48,713 nucleotides of DNA from Candidatus Heimdallarchaeota archaeon. Its GTDB lineage: Archaea > Asgardarchaeota > Wukongarchaeia > Wukongarchaeales > JBHIFL01. The notes under the pieces were generated by a model. That model did no database searches, was not told the origin of the DNA, and was given only the letters and a program-made list of their open reading frames with translations. This document shows, in pieces, positions 29,636 through 39,466 of this stretch; the stretch's first letter is position 1; every line of letters starts with the position of its first letter. Location of the stretch: NCBI GenBank assembly GCA_046761065.1, contig JBHIFL010000025.1, forward strand, positions 1 through 48,713, in the 5' to 3' direction. Made by a program: the position numbers and the translations under genes.

Positions 29636-29677
29636 TTTGCGATGTTCTGTGTCCAAGGCTTAGGGATTGTGCGTAAA

Positions 29678-30667
29678 ATGAGAATTTTAATCACCGGGGC
29701 GTTTGGAAATGTCGGGAAGGCTGTACTCCATGAGGCACAGAAAAAAAATCACGAAATCGTAGTATTTGAGTTGGATAATAAGAGAAATCGAAAGCTTGCG
29801 AAAAAATACCGAAACATGGTAGATACAGTTATTTTTGGGGATATCCGCGATTATATTTCAGTTCTTTCAGCAGTTGAAGGGTGCGATGGCGTCATTCATA
29901 TGACCGCGCTCATTCCTCCGGTCACCAAGAGGAATCGGGAACTTTGCATGGCTGTAAATTATGGGGGGACGGTAAATGTGGTCAATGCCCTTAATCAAGT
30001 CGCTAGCAATATTCCCCTCATTTTTTGTTCTTCCGCGAGTGTCATGGGGGCCACCCAACATTTAAACCGATTAATCCGACCCGATGATCCCCTGAAGATA
30101 ACAGGTAACTACGAAGAGTCAAAAATTAAAGCAGAGAACATGATTCGAGAAAAATATCGCAATTTCTTAATTTTTCGTCTCGCTGGAGTGTTACCCCTCC
30201 ATTCAGATTTTTCCTTTCAGCAGCTTGAAGAACTCTTTAGCATCCATTCAGACGCACGGGTTGAGATGATTCTGGATTTGGATGTGGCCTTTGCCCTCAT
30301 AACAGCAGTCGAAAAACTCACGACCCAAGACACCCCGAATAATCGGGCCTATATTCTAGGGGGTGGGAAAAAAAATGGATTCCAGATTACTGGCGAGATC
30401 TTAATTTCCCGTTCCTTGGGTTGTCTTTCGCTTCCAAAACCTGATCTAAAATATTTTACACAAGATTTAAACTCATACCATTTAGATTGGTACGATACTG
30501 AAGCGGTCCAACAGGAATTTGCCTACCAAAACCACAAACTGGACGATTATTACGATTTCATTCAGAAACGTTATGGACGTTACCGTATTTTTATCCGCTT
30601 GTTTCGGCCCCTTATCTTGAGAAAATTTATCTCGATGTCGCCATACTATAAAACTCCAGAAGCCTGA
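29678..30667 (+). CDS. NAD-dependent epimerase/dehydratase
   Basis: MRILITGAFGNVG and YEESK catalytic motif; start taken at MRIL. Confidence 0.9.
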   Translation: MRILITGAFGNVGKAVLHEAQKKNHEIVVFELDNKRNRKLAKKYRNMVDTVIFGDIRDYISVLSAVEGCDGVIHMTALIPPVTKRNRELCMAVNYGGTVNVVNALNQVASNIPLIFCSSASVMGATQHLNRLIRPDDPLKITGNYEESKIKAENMIREKYRNFLIFRLAGVLPLHSDFSFQQLEELFSIHSDARVEMILDLDVAFALITAVEKLTTQDTPNNRAYILGGGKKNGFQITGEILISRSLGCLSLPKPDLKYFTQDLNSYHLDWYDTEAVQQEFAYQNHKLDDYYDFIQKRYGRYRIFIRLFRPLILRKFISMSPYYKTPEA

Positions 30668-30780
30668 GAACAAGGTGAAATCTTTCCGTCGACCTCAAGA
30701 GGAACGATCCGTTGCTAAGGAATCTCATACTAATTTGGACACATTAATCCCGGAATCGACAGCTTGATGTGTCCCTAATC

Positions 30781-30974
30781 CCGCCCACTGTTCGATCTTC
30801 CGCTTGTATTCGATGATTTACCACTCGGAGGAATGGCACCAAATTATCGCGGCCAAAGCCCATCCTACCGAGACTCTCCGGAATCACCTCATTGGGGTGG
30901 CGAACTGGGTGTTGTTCCTGGTGCGAATGCGCGCCTTTCCTCCCTTACATGCTTCGGCAGCCCTCGTAGGACAG
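30781..30974 (+). pseudogene. Orphan 3' fragment of a diverged cas5-HD paralog
   Basis: Encodes AHCSIFRLYSMIYHSEEWHQIIAAKAHPTETLRNHLIGVANWVLFLV, versus AHHSVYKLYTVIYHSQELTQFTASKTHPTETLRNHLIGVVNWVLFLV in the full gene. Confidence 0.88.
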
Positions 30975-31126
30975 CCGGGTGGAACTCCCGGCCCTGTCGA
31001 GGTGGAAGATCCTCGGGTCGCAGATGAGCCATCACTCCGTGGTGAAACCCGAGCGAGAGGACCCACACTCGGCGGTGTGGCCACGACCTCCTCGTTGAGG
31101 GGCTTTCATGCAACAAGGAGCGAAAA
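30945..31126 (+). ncRNA. Putative structured RAMP-associated RNA, copy 2
   Basis: Four substitutions in 182 nt relative to 26079..26260; the last 132 nt are identical. Confidence 0.7.
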
Positions 31127-31128
31127 AC

Positions 31129-32661
31129 ATGATCTTGGTGCTCGACTTCGGCGGGCAGTATTGCCACCTCATAGGACGACGAATCAGGGAGCATGGGGTG
31201 TATTCCGAAATTGCTCCCTACGATATAACCCTCAAAGACCTCCAGCGGCTACATAAACAATTCAACGTGAGAGGCTTAGTGTTTTCAGGAGGCCCCGCCA
31301 GCGTGTATGAGCCCAGGGCGCCGCGACCAGATCCGAGCTTTTTGGGATTAGATATCCCGATTTTGGGGCTCTGTTATGGCCATCAACTGATCGCCCACAT
31401 GGCTGGAGGACAGGTTGAGCCAGCGAAACAGCGGGAGTACGGGATCGCGTATGTCACCATCGACCGACCGGTGGGCGTCTTGCGGGGAGTCGGGGAGACA
31501 GAGAAGGTGTGGATGAGTCACGGGGACACGGTGTTCGGGCTCCCCGCCGACTATGAGGTCTTAGCGCATACCGAAAATTGTCCGGTGGCCGCGTTTCGGC
31601 ACCAGCAAAAGCCGATCTATGGGTTGCAGTGGCACCCGGAGGTGGTGCATACCGAAAAGGGCATGCAGATGCTCCATAACTTCATTTTTGAAGTTTGTAA
31701 ATGTGACGCGAACTGGAAAATGGAAGATGTTGTGGAAAAAGCGAAAAATGAAATCCGAACGACGGTGGGGGAGGGGAAAGCGATTATCGCCCTAAGTGGG
31801 GGGATTGACTCCAGTGTGGCAACAGTTCTTGCAGCTAAGGCCCTTGGTAACAGACTGACAGCCGTGTTCGTGGACCACGGCTTTATGCGCGAGAACGAAC
31901 CGGCTTTTGTAAAGAGGGTATTTCAGAAGTTCAAAATAAACCTCGAAATGGTCAATGCCCGCGAGCGATTCCTAGCTAAACTTGCGGGAATCGTTGATCC
32001 TGAAGCAAAACGAAAAATTATCGGCGAGGAATTCATCCGGGTGTTCGAAGAAATCGCCGAGAGATCCGGGGCCGAATACCTCATTCAAGGGACTATTTAT
32101 CCAGACCGAATCGAGTCTGGCGTTAGGAAACTGTCGGATAAAATCAAAACCCATCACAACGTGGCGGGGTTGCCTACTCGAATTCGGTTCAAGGCAATTG
32201 AGGAACCCCTTTGTGACCTGTATAAAGATGAGGTGAGAAAAGTTGCCCAACTGCTGGGCCTACCAAAGGAACTCGTTGGGAGACAACCCTTCCCCGGCCC
32301 CGGTCTAGCCGTCCGGATTATCGGGGAATTAACCCCCGAGAAAATTAATATCGCAAAGAAAGCGGATCAAATTGTGCGGGAAGAAATCGAAGCCGGCGGA
32401 TTGCAAGAGCAGTTGTGGCAGTATTTCGCAGTAGTAACCGACACAAACGCCACAGGCGTCAAAGGCGATGCCCGGGCGTATGGGACTGTTATTGCGGTCC
32501 GAGTGGTGGAAAGTCGTGAAGCAATGACCGCGAGCTTTGCGAAACTCCCCTATGCCGTATTGGAACGCATCTCGACGCGAATCACCAATGAAGTGCCTCA
32601 AGTTACTCACGTGGTCTATGATATAACCCATAAGCCTCCTGCCACAATCGAATGGGAGTAA
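31129..32661 (+). CDS. guaA: GMP synthase (glutamine-hydrolysing), fused form
   Basis: ILVLDFGGQY, GLCYGHQ, HPEV, SGGIDS, QGTIYPD and KPPATIEWE motifs. The start is ATG 31129 or 31108. Confidence 0.97.
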   Translation: MILVLDFGGQYCHLIGRRIREHGVYSEIAPYDITLKDLQRLHKQFNVRGLVFSGGPASVYEPRAPRPDPSFLGLDIPILGLCYGHQLIAHMAGGQVEPAKQREYGIAYVTIDRPVGVLRGVGETEKVWMSHGDTVFGLPADYEVLAHTENCPVAAFRHQQKPIYGLQWHPEVVHTEKGMQMLHNFIFEVCKCDANWKMEDVVEKAKNEIRTTVGEGKAIIALSGGIDSSVATVLAAKALGNRLTAVFVDHGFMRENEPAFVKRVFQKFKINLEMVNARERFLAKLAGIVDPEAKRKIIGEEFIRVFEEIAERSGAEYLIQGTIYPDRIESGVRKLSDKIKTHHNVAGLPTRIRFKAIEEPLCDLYKDEVRKVAQLLGLPKELVGRQPFPGPGLAVRIIGELTPEKINIAKKADQIVREEIEAGGLQEQLWQYFAVVTDTNATGVKGDARAYGTVIAVRVVESREAMTASFAKLPYAVLERISTRITNEVPQVTHVVYDITHKPPATIEWE

Positions 32662-32690
32662 ACATCTCGGCTCTTTCGGGCAGTTAAGGT

Positions 32691-33536
32691 TCAACCCGCT
32701 AATTCTCGAAGCTTTTGAATGTTCCCAATGTCATCCTGTCTGTCATCTATAGGGGTTTCCATGATGAATGGCAGATCCTGTAAGCTTTTGTGATGGAGCA
32801 GTGCTCTGAAGCCGGCATCCCCTATATATCCCAACCCGATGTGTTCATGTCTATCAATATGTGAGGCTAAATCTCCTTTGGAATCATTTGCATGAATAAC
32901 CTTCAGCATTTTAAGGCCGATGATATCATCTAACTTGGTGATCGTATCCTGGACGGCTTCCTCCGTTCTAAGGTCATAACCGGCTGCAAATCCATGAGCT
33001 GTGTCAAAACAAATGCCTATCCTCTCTTGGTGGTGTGTTAAGCCTTCGATTATTGCCTGAATTTCTTCAAAGGTTGACCCCATACTGTTTTTGGTGCCTG
33101 CTGTGTTTTCAAGAAGCAGCATCACTTTATTGTCTACTTGAGACAAGGCTTGATCGATGGCATTTAAGATGTTTTTAAGCCCGATTTCATATCCCTCTCC
33201 CAAGTGGCTTCCTAAATGAGTCACAAGATACGGGATTTTTAATTGCTCACATCGTTGTATCTCTGAGATTAAGGTATCCAGAGATTTGCTGTAGTTTTCG
33301 CTTTGTGATGTCGCAAGATTAGGCAAGTAAGGCATGTGAGCAACTACAGGAGTTATATTCGCTTCCTTATACTTTTCAATGAAGAGGGAGACATTCTCCT
33401 CGGGGATCGCTGTAAACTTCCAGCCCCTTGGACTCCGTGTAAAAATTTGAAAGGTGTTACATCCTCGCTCCACTGCTCGCTCGACTGCCTTATCAATGGA
33501 TCCAGTGATCGAGACATGAACCCCTATCCGCAGCAA
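32691..33536 (-). CDS. nfo: Endonuclease IV
   Basis: GVHVS, QIF, H.PY..N, HLGS, LENTAG, DTAH, H.NDSK, DRHEHIG and ETP motifs. Confidence 0.95.
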   Translation of the reverse strand: MLRIGVHVSITGSIDKAVERAVERGCNTFQIFTRSPRGWKFTAIPEENVSLFIEKYKEANITPVVAHMPYLPNLATSQSENYSKSLDTLISEIQRCEQLKIPYLVTHLGSHLGEGYEIGLKNILNAIDQALSQVDNKVMLLLENTAGTKNSMGSTFEEIQAIIEGLTHHQERIGICFDTAHGFAAGYDLRTEEAVQDTITKLDDIIGLKMLKVIHANDSKGDLASHIDRHEHIGLGYIGDAGFRALLHHKSLQDLPFIMETPIDDRQDDIGNIQKLRELAG

Positions 33537-33609
33537 TAGATACCCCTACCTAATAGAAGGGACAAAACTGGTTAAGTCTGTTGCTCGAGTCACTATGGTA
33601 AAAAGATAT

Positions 33610-33765
33610 TGGCGGGCCCGACGAGATTTGAATTCACGTTTACTGCCTACAAGGCTAGTAAATCTCGCGACCCTCTGGTTTCTTCATATGTGAGTTAAAT
33701 CACTATGAACCGAAGCCGGATGCTTTTGACGCGTGGATGCTCTATCCATACTGAGCTACGGGCCC
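33610..33765 (-). tRNA. tRNA-Arg(UCG) with three apparent introns and encoded CCA
   Basis: Acceptor GGGCCCG/CGGGCCC-G-CCA, D stem GCTC/GAGC, anticodon TCG (33711-33713) and T arm GCGAG-TTCAAAT-CTCGT. Removing 17+30+31 nt gives a 78 nt cloverleaf. Confidence 0.85.
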
Positions 33766-33885
33766 GGAGTTGTATTCAATATTATTCTGAATGCTGAAGT
33801 GGTTTAATTGTCGTACTAAATGTGTCAAATAAGGGTATATCAACATTATGGCAGTTGAATAAAAGTTTGATTGGTGGAGTTCAAG
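33671..33885. repeat. 215 bp direct repeat, copy 1 (5' two thirds of tRNA-Arg plus upstream region)
   Basis: Colinear with 35635..35849, with scattered substitutions. Confidence 0.95.
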
Positions 33886-33895
33886 AAGACATTTT

Positions 33896-34921
33896 TTACA
33901 CTTCGCGCGGGTATTCCTTTTTATTTAATCCAACGATTTCATAGCTCATCTCAACCAATTTTTTGGCAGTCTCCATATCTCTGGCATTGGGATTGGGAGA
34001 GGTCATTGGCCACCCGCCCTCCCTATATTCTCTGTCATTGTAAAGCCTACTGCTTTGGCTGAAATACGCTCCTGAATGCTGTGGGGCCTCATCAGAGAGC
34101 AAACAATGAAGGGAGGTTTGGGCGGAGTCTTCGTTACTGTCGGTGAGATAACGGTGCAACGGGAACAGTATCGCCATTCCCACTCTCATGATTCCCATCA
34201 TGATTCTCATACCCCCACTCATATTGCGCCCGAAGTTCGATCGTGCCCACCCTGGGTGAACGGACGCCGTGGTAACTCCGGTCCCTTCCAGTCTTTGCGC
34301 AAGCTCCATGGCATATAATATATTAGCAACTTTAGCCTCAGCATAAGCCGCAAAATTATTGAATTCCCTTGTGTGATAATTCAAGTCTTCCAAATGCACC
34401 TTGGGGCGGTTTTGTTCATTTCCGGCATGAACCACGGACGAAACAATAGCCATTCTTGAGGGAGCACTCTTCTTCAAGACATCCGGCAATAATTCCGTCA
34501 GTAGGAAATGACCGAAATAACTAACACCGATGGTCGTCTCTAATCCATCTTTCGTCCGGGAGAGTTTACTGTCAGTCACGAGTCCGGCATTGCACATCAA
34601 ACCATCCAGTTTCTCATATTTCTTTAAGAATTCCGTAATAAAATCTTTCACCGACTGTAGGTCAGCAAGGTCTAATCTCATGACCTCATAACTGCCTTTT
34701 AATCCGGTAAAACTTTTAGCCACTTCCTCTGCGGCATCGGGTCTTCGGCAGGCCATGATTACATGACCGCCTTGCTTAACCAATTGTCTTGTGGTTTCCA
34801 GACCAACACCAGAATTGGCCCCGGTGACAATATACACGTTTCCGCTTATATCCTTTGAAAGGGTCTTTTCATCGACCCGTAGACGTTTCCTTCTCAGAGG
34901 CATTTTTATCTCCTTTTTCAT
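33896..34921 (-). CDS. Short-chain dehydrogenase (retinol dehydrogenase-like)
   Basis: VTGANSGVG, LDLADL, CNAG, YAEAK and VHPG motifs. Confidence 0.93.
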   Translation of the reverse strand: MKKEIKMPLRRKRLRVDEKTLSKDISGNVYIVTGANSGVGLETTRQLVKQGGHVIMACRRPDAAEEVAKSFTGLKGSYEVMRLDLADLQSVKDFITEFLKKYEKLDGLMCNAGLVTDSKLSRTKDGLETTIGVSYFGHFLLTELLPDVLKKSAPSRMAIVSSVVHAGNEQNRPKVHLEDLNYHTREFNNFAAYAEAKVANILYAMELAQRLEGTGVTTASVHPGWARSNFGRNMSGGMRIMMGIMRVGMAILFPLHRYLTDSNEDSAQTSLHCLLSDEAPQHSGAYFSQSSRLYNDREYREGGWPMTSPNPNARDMETAKKLVEMSYEIVGLNKKEYPREV

Positions 34922-35008
34922 ATACTAATGGTTGGTTTTTACAACCATTACATTTTACAATATTATAACCGAAAGTTTATAAATGTTGTGATTTGCAATA
35001 GTTGTAGG

Positions 35009-35485
35009 ATGAAACCAAAAATGGGAATAACAGATACTGAACTTACTGAATTCATGAACCAAATAGCCATCATACGTAAATTACCGGTGATGAAAATTTT
35101 TTCAAAGACCGTTAGGGAAAATAATTGGAGCGAGGAACAATTGATGGCTCTTGTCAAGATTTTATTGGCTCAAGATGGTGCTTTTGTTTCAACGGTTGCT
35201 GAAGAAATGTACATTGACAAACCAAAAGCTTCCCGATTAGTTGAGTCCTTAGTTGAAGAGGGTCTCGTTGAACGAATGTATGAAAAATTATCAGATCGAA
35301 GAAAAATTCAACTGAAGATAACAAAAAAGGGAATGGAACTAATAAAAATAGTTTCAGATGAAATAATTCAGACAGTAAAAGAAATGCTCAAAGATCAGGG
35401 AGAACATATTAAACAACTAACTGCTTATCTTAAAGATTTTAACAACGCGATATTATCCCTAATGGAATCAATGAAAAATAAATAG
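35009..35485 (+). CDS. MarR family regulator
   Basis: KASRLVESLVEEGLVER....DRR...L.IT.KG; divergent from the SDR gene; start inferred. Confidence 0.88.
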   Translation: MKPKMGITDTELTEFMNQIAIIRKLPVMKIFSKTVRENNWSEEQLMALVKILLAQDGAFVSTVAEEMYIDKPKASRLVESLVEEGLVERMYEKLSDRRKIQLKITKKGMELIKIVSDEIIQTVKEMLKDQGEHIKQLTAYLKDFNNAILSLMESMKNK

Positions 35486-35634
35486 AGAAAGTTTGGGATC
35501 CACTGACTTGACACAGCTCTAGCGCCTCTGGGCGCGTTTTTTCCTCTTGTTCTCCGTGTGCCCGCACTGAGCTTCACCCCTCCCCCCCCTCGTCCCCTTC
35601 CCGATTGAGCCAATACCATTAGGATGATCTCCAT

Positions 35635-35849
35635 CCCTCTGGTTTCTTCATATGCGATTTAAATCACTATGAACCGAAGCCGGATGCTTTTGACGCGTGG
35701 ATGCTCTATCCATACTGAGCTACGGGCCCAGAGTTGTATTCAACATTATTCTGAATGCTGAAGTGATTTAGTTGTCATACTAAATGTGTCGAATAAGGGC
35801 TTTTCAACATTATGGCAGTTGAATAAAGGCATGATTGGCGGAGTTCAAG
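35635..35849. repeat. 215 bp direct repeat, copy 2, containing a 3'-truncated tRNA-Arg pseudogene (35635..35729, minus strand)
   Basis: Lacks the T arm and the 3' acceptor strand. Confidence 0.92.
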
Positions 35850-36934
35850 TGGATTCGAGTCTCAACAAATCATTTGGAAAATGTTTAAGTCCCAAATCGA
35901 TTTGGGTGATAAAGGATTTCCCGTACTCTTCCAAGGCGCATTTAATTTTTATTGCTTCCGTTTTTTCATGGGCAAGAGCAAACATGCATCCCCCGAAACC
36001 GGCTCCCGTGAGTTTGGCGCCAAGCGCACCCTTGGATTCTGCAACCCTGCACATTTGATCCAATTTCTGATGGGACACTTCGTAATACTTCGTTAAGAAA
36101 TGCTGTTGAGAGGTCAGTAATTCTCCAAGATAAACTAAATCTGGAGTTGGGTTCTTTAACTCCTCAAAAGCCCAGCTAGTATCATCTCGAATCCCAATCA
36201 CGCCTAATAGCCGCTTTTTATGACGTTCAGATAAAACTGTTCATAATGGTCTTTTCGCTTAATGAGTTCAAATTAGGACTGCCAAGTAGATGTAAGGCCT
36301 GAAAAATATCTTGTTGCACTGTTTTAAGTGGGATATCTGCTTTTCGTTCAATTTGAGAGTCTCCTATAATTAGGTACACATCATTTGAAAGGTTAAGTGG
36401 GGTTACTTTTGGACTTTCAGTCGAAGTCATGTGAAAAACTCTGCCAATCGAACAGGCGTATTGATCCATTCTTCCACAGGAAATGCCCATAAGATCATGT
36501 TCACAATGGTACGCGATCTCTGCGATTTCTTCTAAAGGGGATTTGCAATTTAATGCAATATGCTTTATCAAAAAGACCATGGTCGTCAAAAGGGCTGCAG
36601 AAGAGGAAAGTCCTGAGCGAATCGGAATGTCGCAATCAATTACGATCTTAGATGGAAGAGGAGATGTCATTTCATTCCAGAAATGCTGTAAAACCGCTTT
36701 TTGATAGTCAAAAGGAGAACCTGTTAATTTAGGAGCTTGCTTCAGTCGAAGCATTTCCGTTTGGTTTAGCTGTTTGCTCGAGAGTTCCAAAATCGTAGGG
36801 GAGTTTTCTAGGTGATAATAAAGGTTAAGGCGTTTATTAATTGCAGCAGGAATTATAGGGAGTCCTAGGTAATCTTGATGTTCTCCAAAGAGACAAATTC
36901 GTCCAGGAGAGCTAATTTGCCCCCTTTGCACCAT
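35845..36934 (-). pseudogene. galK: Galactokinase/GHMP kinase split by a frameshift near 36235
   Basis: PGRICLFGEHQDY, GLSSSAA and CGRMDQ in the first part, GAKLTGAGFGG in the second. The frame changes at a T4 run (aacagttttatct). Confidence 0.8.
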
Positions 36935-37049
36935 ATTGTACGCTCACCCCATTATGAAGGGGTACACATCACGAATCGCCTCCCAAGAATCGCTTTACCC
37001 AAATTTCTTTTAACTGGGATACTACAACGACTTTTCTGGGGGGATCACT

Positions 37050-37412
37050 TCACCTCTTCGGCTCTGATGTCTTATCAAAGACTTTTCCTAGAGTATCAGT
37101 GAGAATTTTTTTAGCTTCTGTCATGACACGGCTTCCTTTGTCTGTGATCTTGTAATATTTTCGAGATGGGCGGCCCTTAGGACTTTTCTTTTTCTTTGAA
37201 ATAACCAATTTTTCTCGTTCCATCTGATACAAAATGACATAACTTGTCACGGTGGCCATCGTGAAACCAAAGCGGTTCTTGATTTCTTGTCGAAGTTCGT
37301 AACCATAATGTTCTTTGTCCTGGAGTAACCGCAAGATATACATGAAGAGAGTCTCTTTTGTGAGCTTTTTCTGGAGACGTTTAATAGCTGCAGTCTCAAT
37401 TATATCGCTCAC
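37050..37412 (-). CDS. PadR family regulator
   Basis: HYGYEL, Y.ILYQME and RKYYKITDKG motifs. Confidence 0.9.
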   Translation of the reverse strand: MSDIIETAAIKRLQKKLTKETLFMYILRLLQDKEHYGYELRQEIKNRFGFTMATVTSYVILYQMEREKLVISKKKKSPKGRPSRKYYKITDKGSRVMTEAKKILTDTLGKVFDKTSEPKR

Positions 37413-37608
37413 CTTTGTCCGCCTCTTGCGCTCCTGAATTCAGAAATGGGGTTTGATGCTACCGCATTGGGTAAGGGTATTTCAACATTTTGGCTACTGA
37501 AGTTTTTCTTATTACGATTTACTTCCAAAATTACTTAAACTCGAACCACTTCCTTATGCCCGTACAAAGGCCTTGTAGGAGGTGTAGAACGCACCTTATT
37601 AGTAAATT

Positions 37609-38247
37609 CTAGAGTTCATATCGGAGAAAATTCAGGTAAGCTATACAGTGGGATGTCAAGTACTTCTTTGGCCCAATGCTTACCGTCTTTGCGCCAAGTT
37701 GTTCGAGGATCTCTTCCTCGGATTTATCTAAATCAACGTGGGATCCTAAAACGAAGGTTGTATTTTGGGATAGGGGTGTGTTTTTAATATCCTCCCCTTT
37801 ATCAGTCAGGTACACAATTTCGCCAAGCTGGCTTAATCGTTGGAGTAATTGTTTAAAGTTGTAGGTGAGGAGAGCAATCTGAGGGTATTCTGGGGGGACG
37901 TCGTCCTGTCGTCCAGTGCACACTTGTACTAAATCTTTGACGACTCGAGCTAATGAAATTTCATCCCTATGATCGGCGAGCGAAGAAAAATAGAGCGTAA
38001 CTGCATCCCTTCCGCTCCCCAAGACGCCAAAGAGTACCACCCTCGCTTTCGGTGCGGTGAGATGACACACAAGAGCAGACCGACAGATCACATCCAAGCG
38101 CCCGCTCGTTCCTGGGATATCCTTGAGGAGAAATCCACGTTTTTTCCCGCGTTTTCGCGTTAGCGCTCGGAGGGTCGCGGTAGGAGACACCACGACATAG
38201 CGAGTTTTTCCAATTAACTCATCGGTCGAAGGAAATTCTCTTGCCAA
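37609..38247 (-). CDS. trmY: tRNA (pseudouridine-54-N1)-methyltransferase
   Basis: D.PGTSGRLDVICR, DE.S, FVLGSH.D and SIGP..Y.TSHCI (SPOUT) motifs. Confidence 0.85.
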   Translation of the reverse strand: MAREFPSTDELIGKTRYVVVSPTATLRALTRKRGKKRGFLLKDIPGTSGRLDVICRSALVCHLTAPKARVVLFGVLGSGRDAVTLYFSSLADHRDEISLARVVKDLVQVCTGRQDDVPPEYPQIALLTYNFKQLLQRLSQLGEIVYLTDKGEDIKNTPLSQNTTFVLGSHVDLDKSEEEILEQLGAKTVSIGPKKYLTSHCIAYLNFLRYEL

Positions 38248-39094
38248 GGTTGAAACCCTTCACCACTTTTTGGAGGAGCTTAGATAATTCTCACAACTTT
38301 TTATCATTTTTAAAGGAGTTTACTGGTCCAAAGGAGCCAAAAAAATTAGTGATGATGCAGACATCGATTAATTCTTTCGTCTCAACATCGTAATTTTACA
38401 TCCACTTTTAAAATTGAGTATTTAATAAACAATAACACCCAGTTAAACTCAACTTAAGATAGGAACAACATCAAATGGATGTCTGAAGGGTTTGAATACC
38501 TAAGTTGGCCTAGGTTATTTATTACAAATTAATATTTATTTGAAAAAGTCATTTTATTCCTTCTTCCAACACATAGGATCTTTACTATCATACCATGAAA
38601 ACCAAATTTCAAGGCAACATTCAGCCTTTACTAATCCATAGAATATAAAGAATTTCACATTTTCTGATTTTAATGAGAGATCACAATCAATGGTCCCAAA
38701 AGCAAGGTTATAATGAGAGACTATATGTGTGTTAATCAGTCATATGGATTGATCATCACCATATAAGAAGTGCATAAGTTAAATTAATGCACCATTCAAT
38801 AATAGCAACAAAGATAGGTTGGGGGCTTTATATCAATGGTGTCACAAGCTTAATAATATTTATTGCAGGAATCCTTCATCCTGAGACCATTCCTCCTTCA
38901 AGGAATTAAAGATAGTTTAACCTAAATCACCTGCAAGAATGCTGTTCTTCTTATACAAATCCCCTCAAAAATTAAAGTGATATGAAGGTAAATAAGCTCT
39001 CTTGAACCTCTCAAGTAATGAAATAAGAGTTTCTTCTGATTGTCTTCTTCGGTGAGACTATGCAGCTGTAGATTTAAGCGGTATTCGGTTTCAA

Positions 39095-39466
39095 TTATTT
39101 AGCTGTTGGATCAGGCTGCATAAGGCCGAACATATTACCTTCGGAATCGTGACAATAGGCCATGTAGCCGACGCCAGGAATTGTAGATTTAGGCCTGACC
39201 ACTTTCCCGCCAGCTTTGGCAATCTTTTCTACAAATTCATCGAGAGAAGGGACTTCTACAGTATTAATTGTGGTCTCGGAATTTTCTCGCCGCATCAGTC
39301 CTCCATCGATACCCGGTTCACTTTCTTCGCCTGTGGTGATCAACCAATAGTCAATAGGGCCGTCCCACTTTTCAATTTTCCATCCAAATACATCTTGGTA
39401 AAATTTAACAGCACGTTCTGGGTCATCAACACCTATTTCAAAATGAACTACTCTTAGCATCTTCAA
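39095..39466 (-). CDS. VOC/glyoxalase family protein
   Basis: RVVHFEI, FY..VFGW, GIDGG and DSEGN.FGL motifs. Confidence 0.92.
   Translation of the reverse strand: MKMLRVVHFEIGVDDPERAVKFYQDVFGWKIEKWDGPIDYWLITTGEESEPGIDGGLMRRENSETTINTVEVPSLDEFVEKIAKAGGKVVRPKSTIPGVGYMAYCHDSEGNMFGLMQPDPTAK

Noticed and set aside
22200-31200. CRISPR array near the RAMP genes
   Set aside because: I found no regularly spaced 25-40 bp repeats; there are only two long copies 4866 bp apart.
35500-35630. GC-rich pyrimidine tract after marR
   Set aside because: It may be an element end or terminator, but there is no second copy or clear structure.
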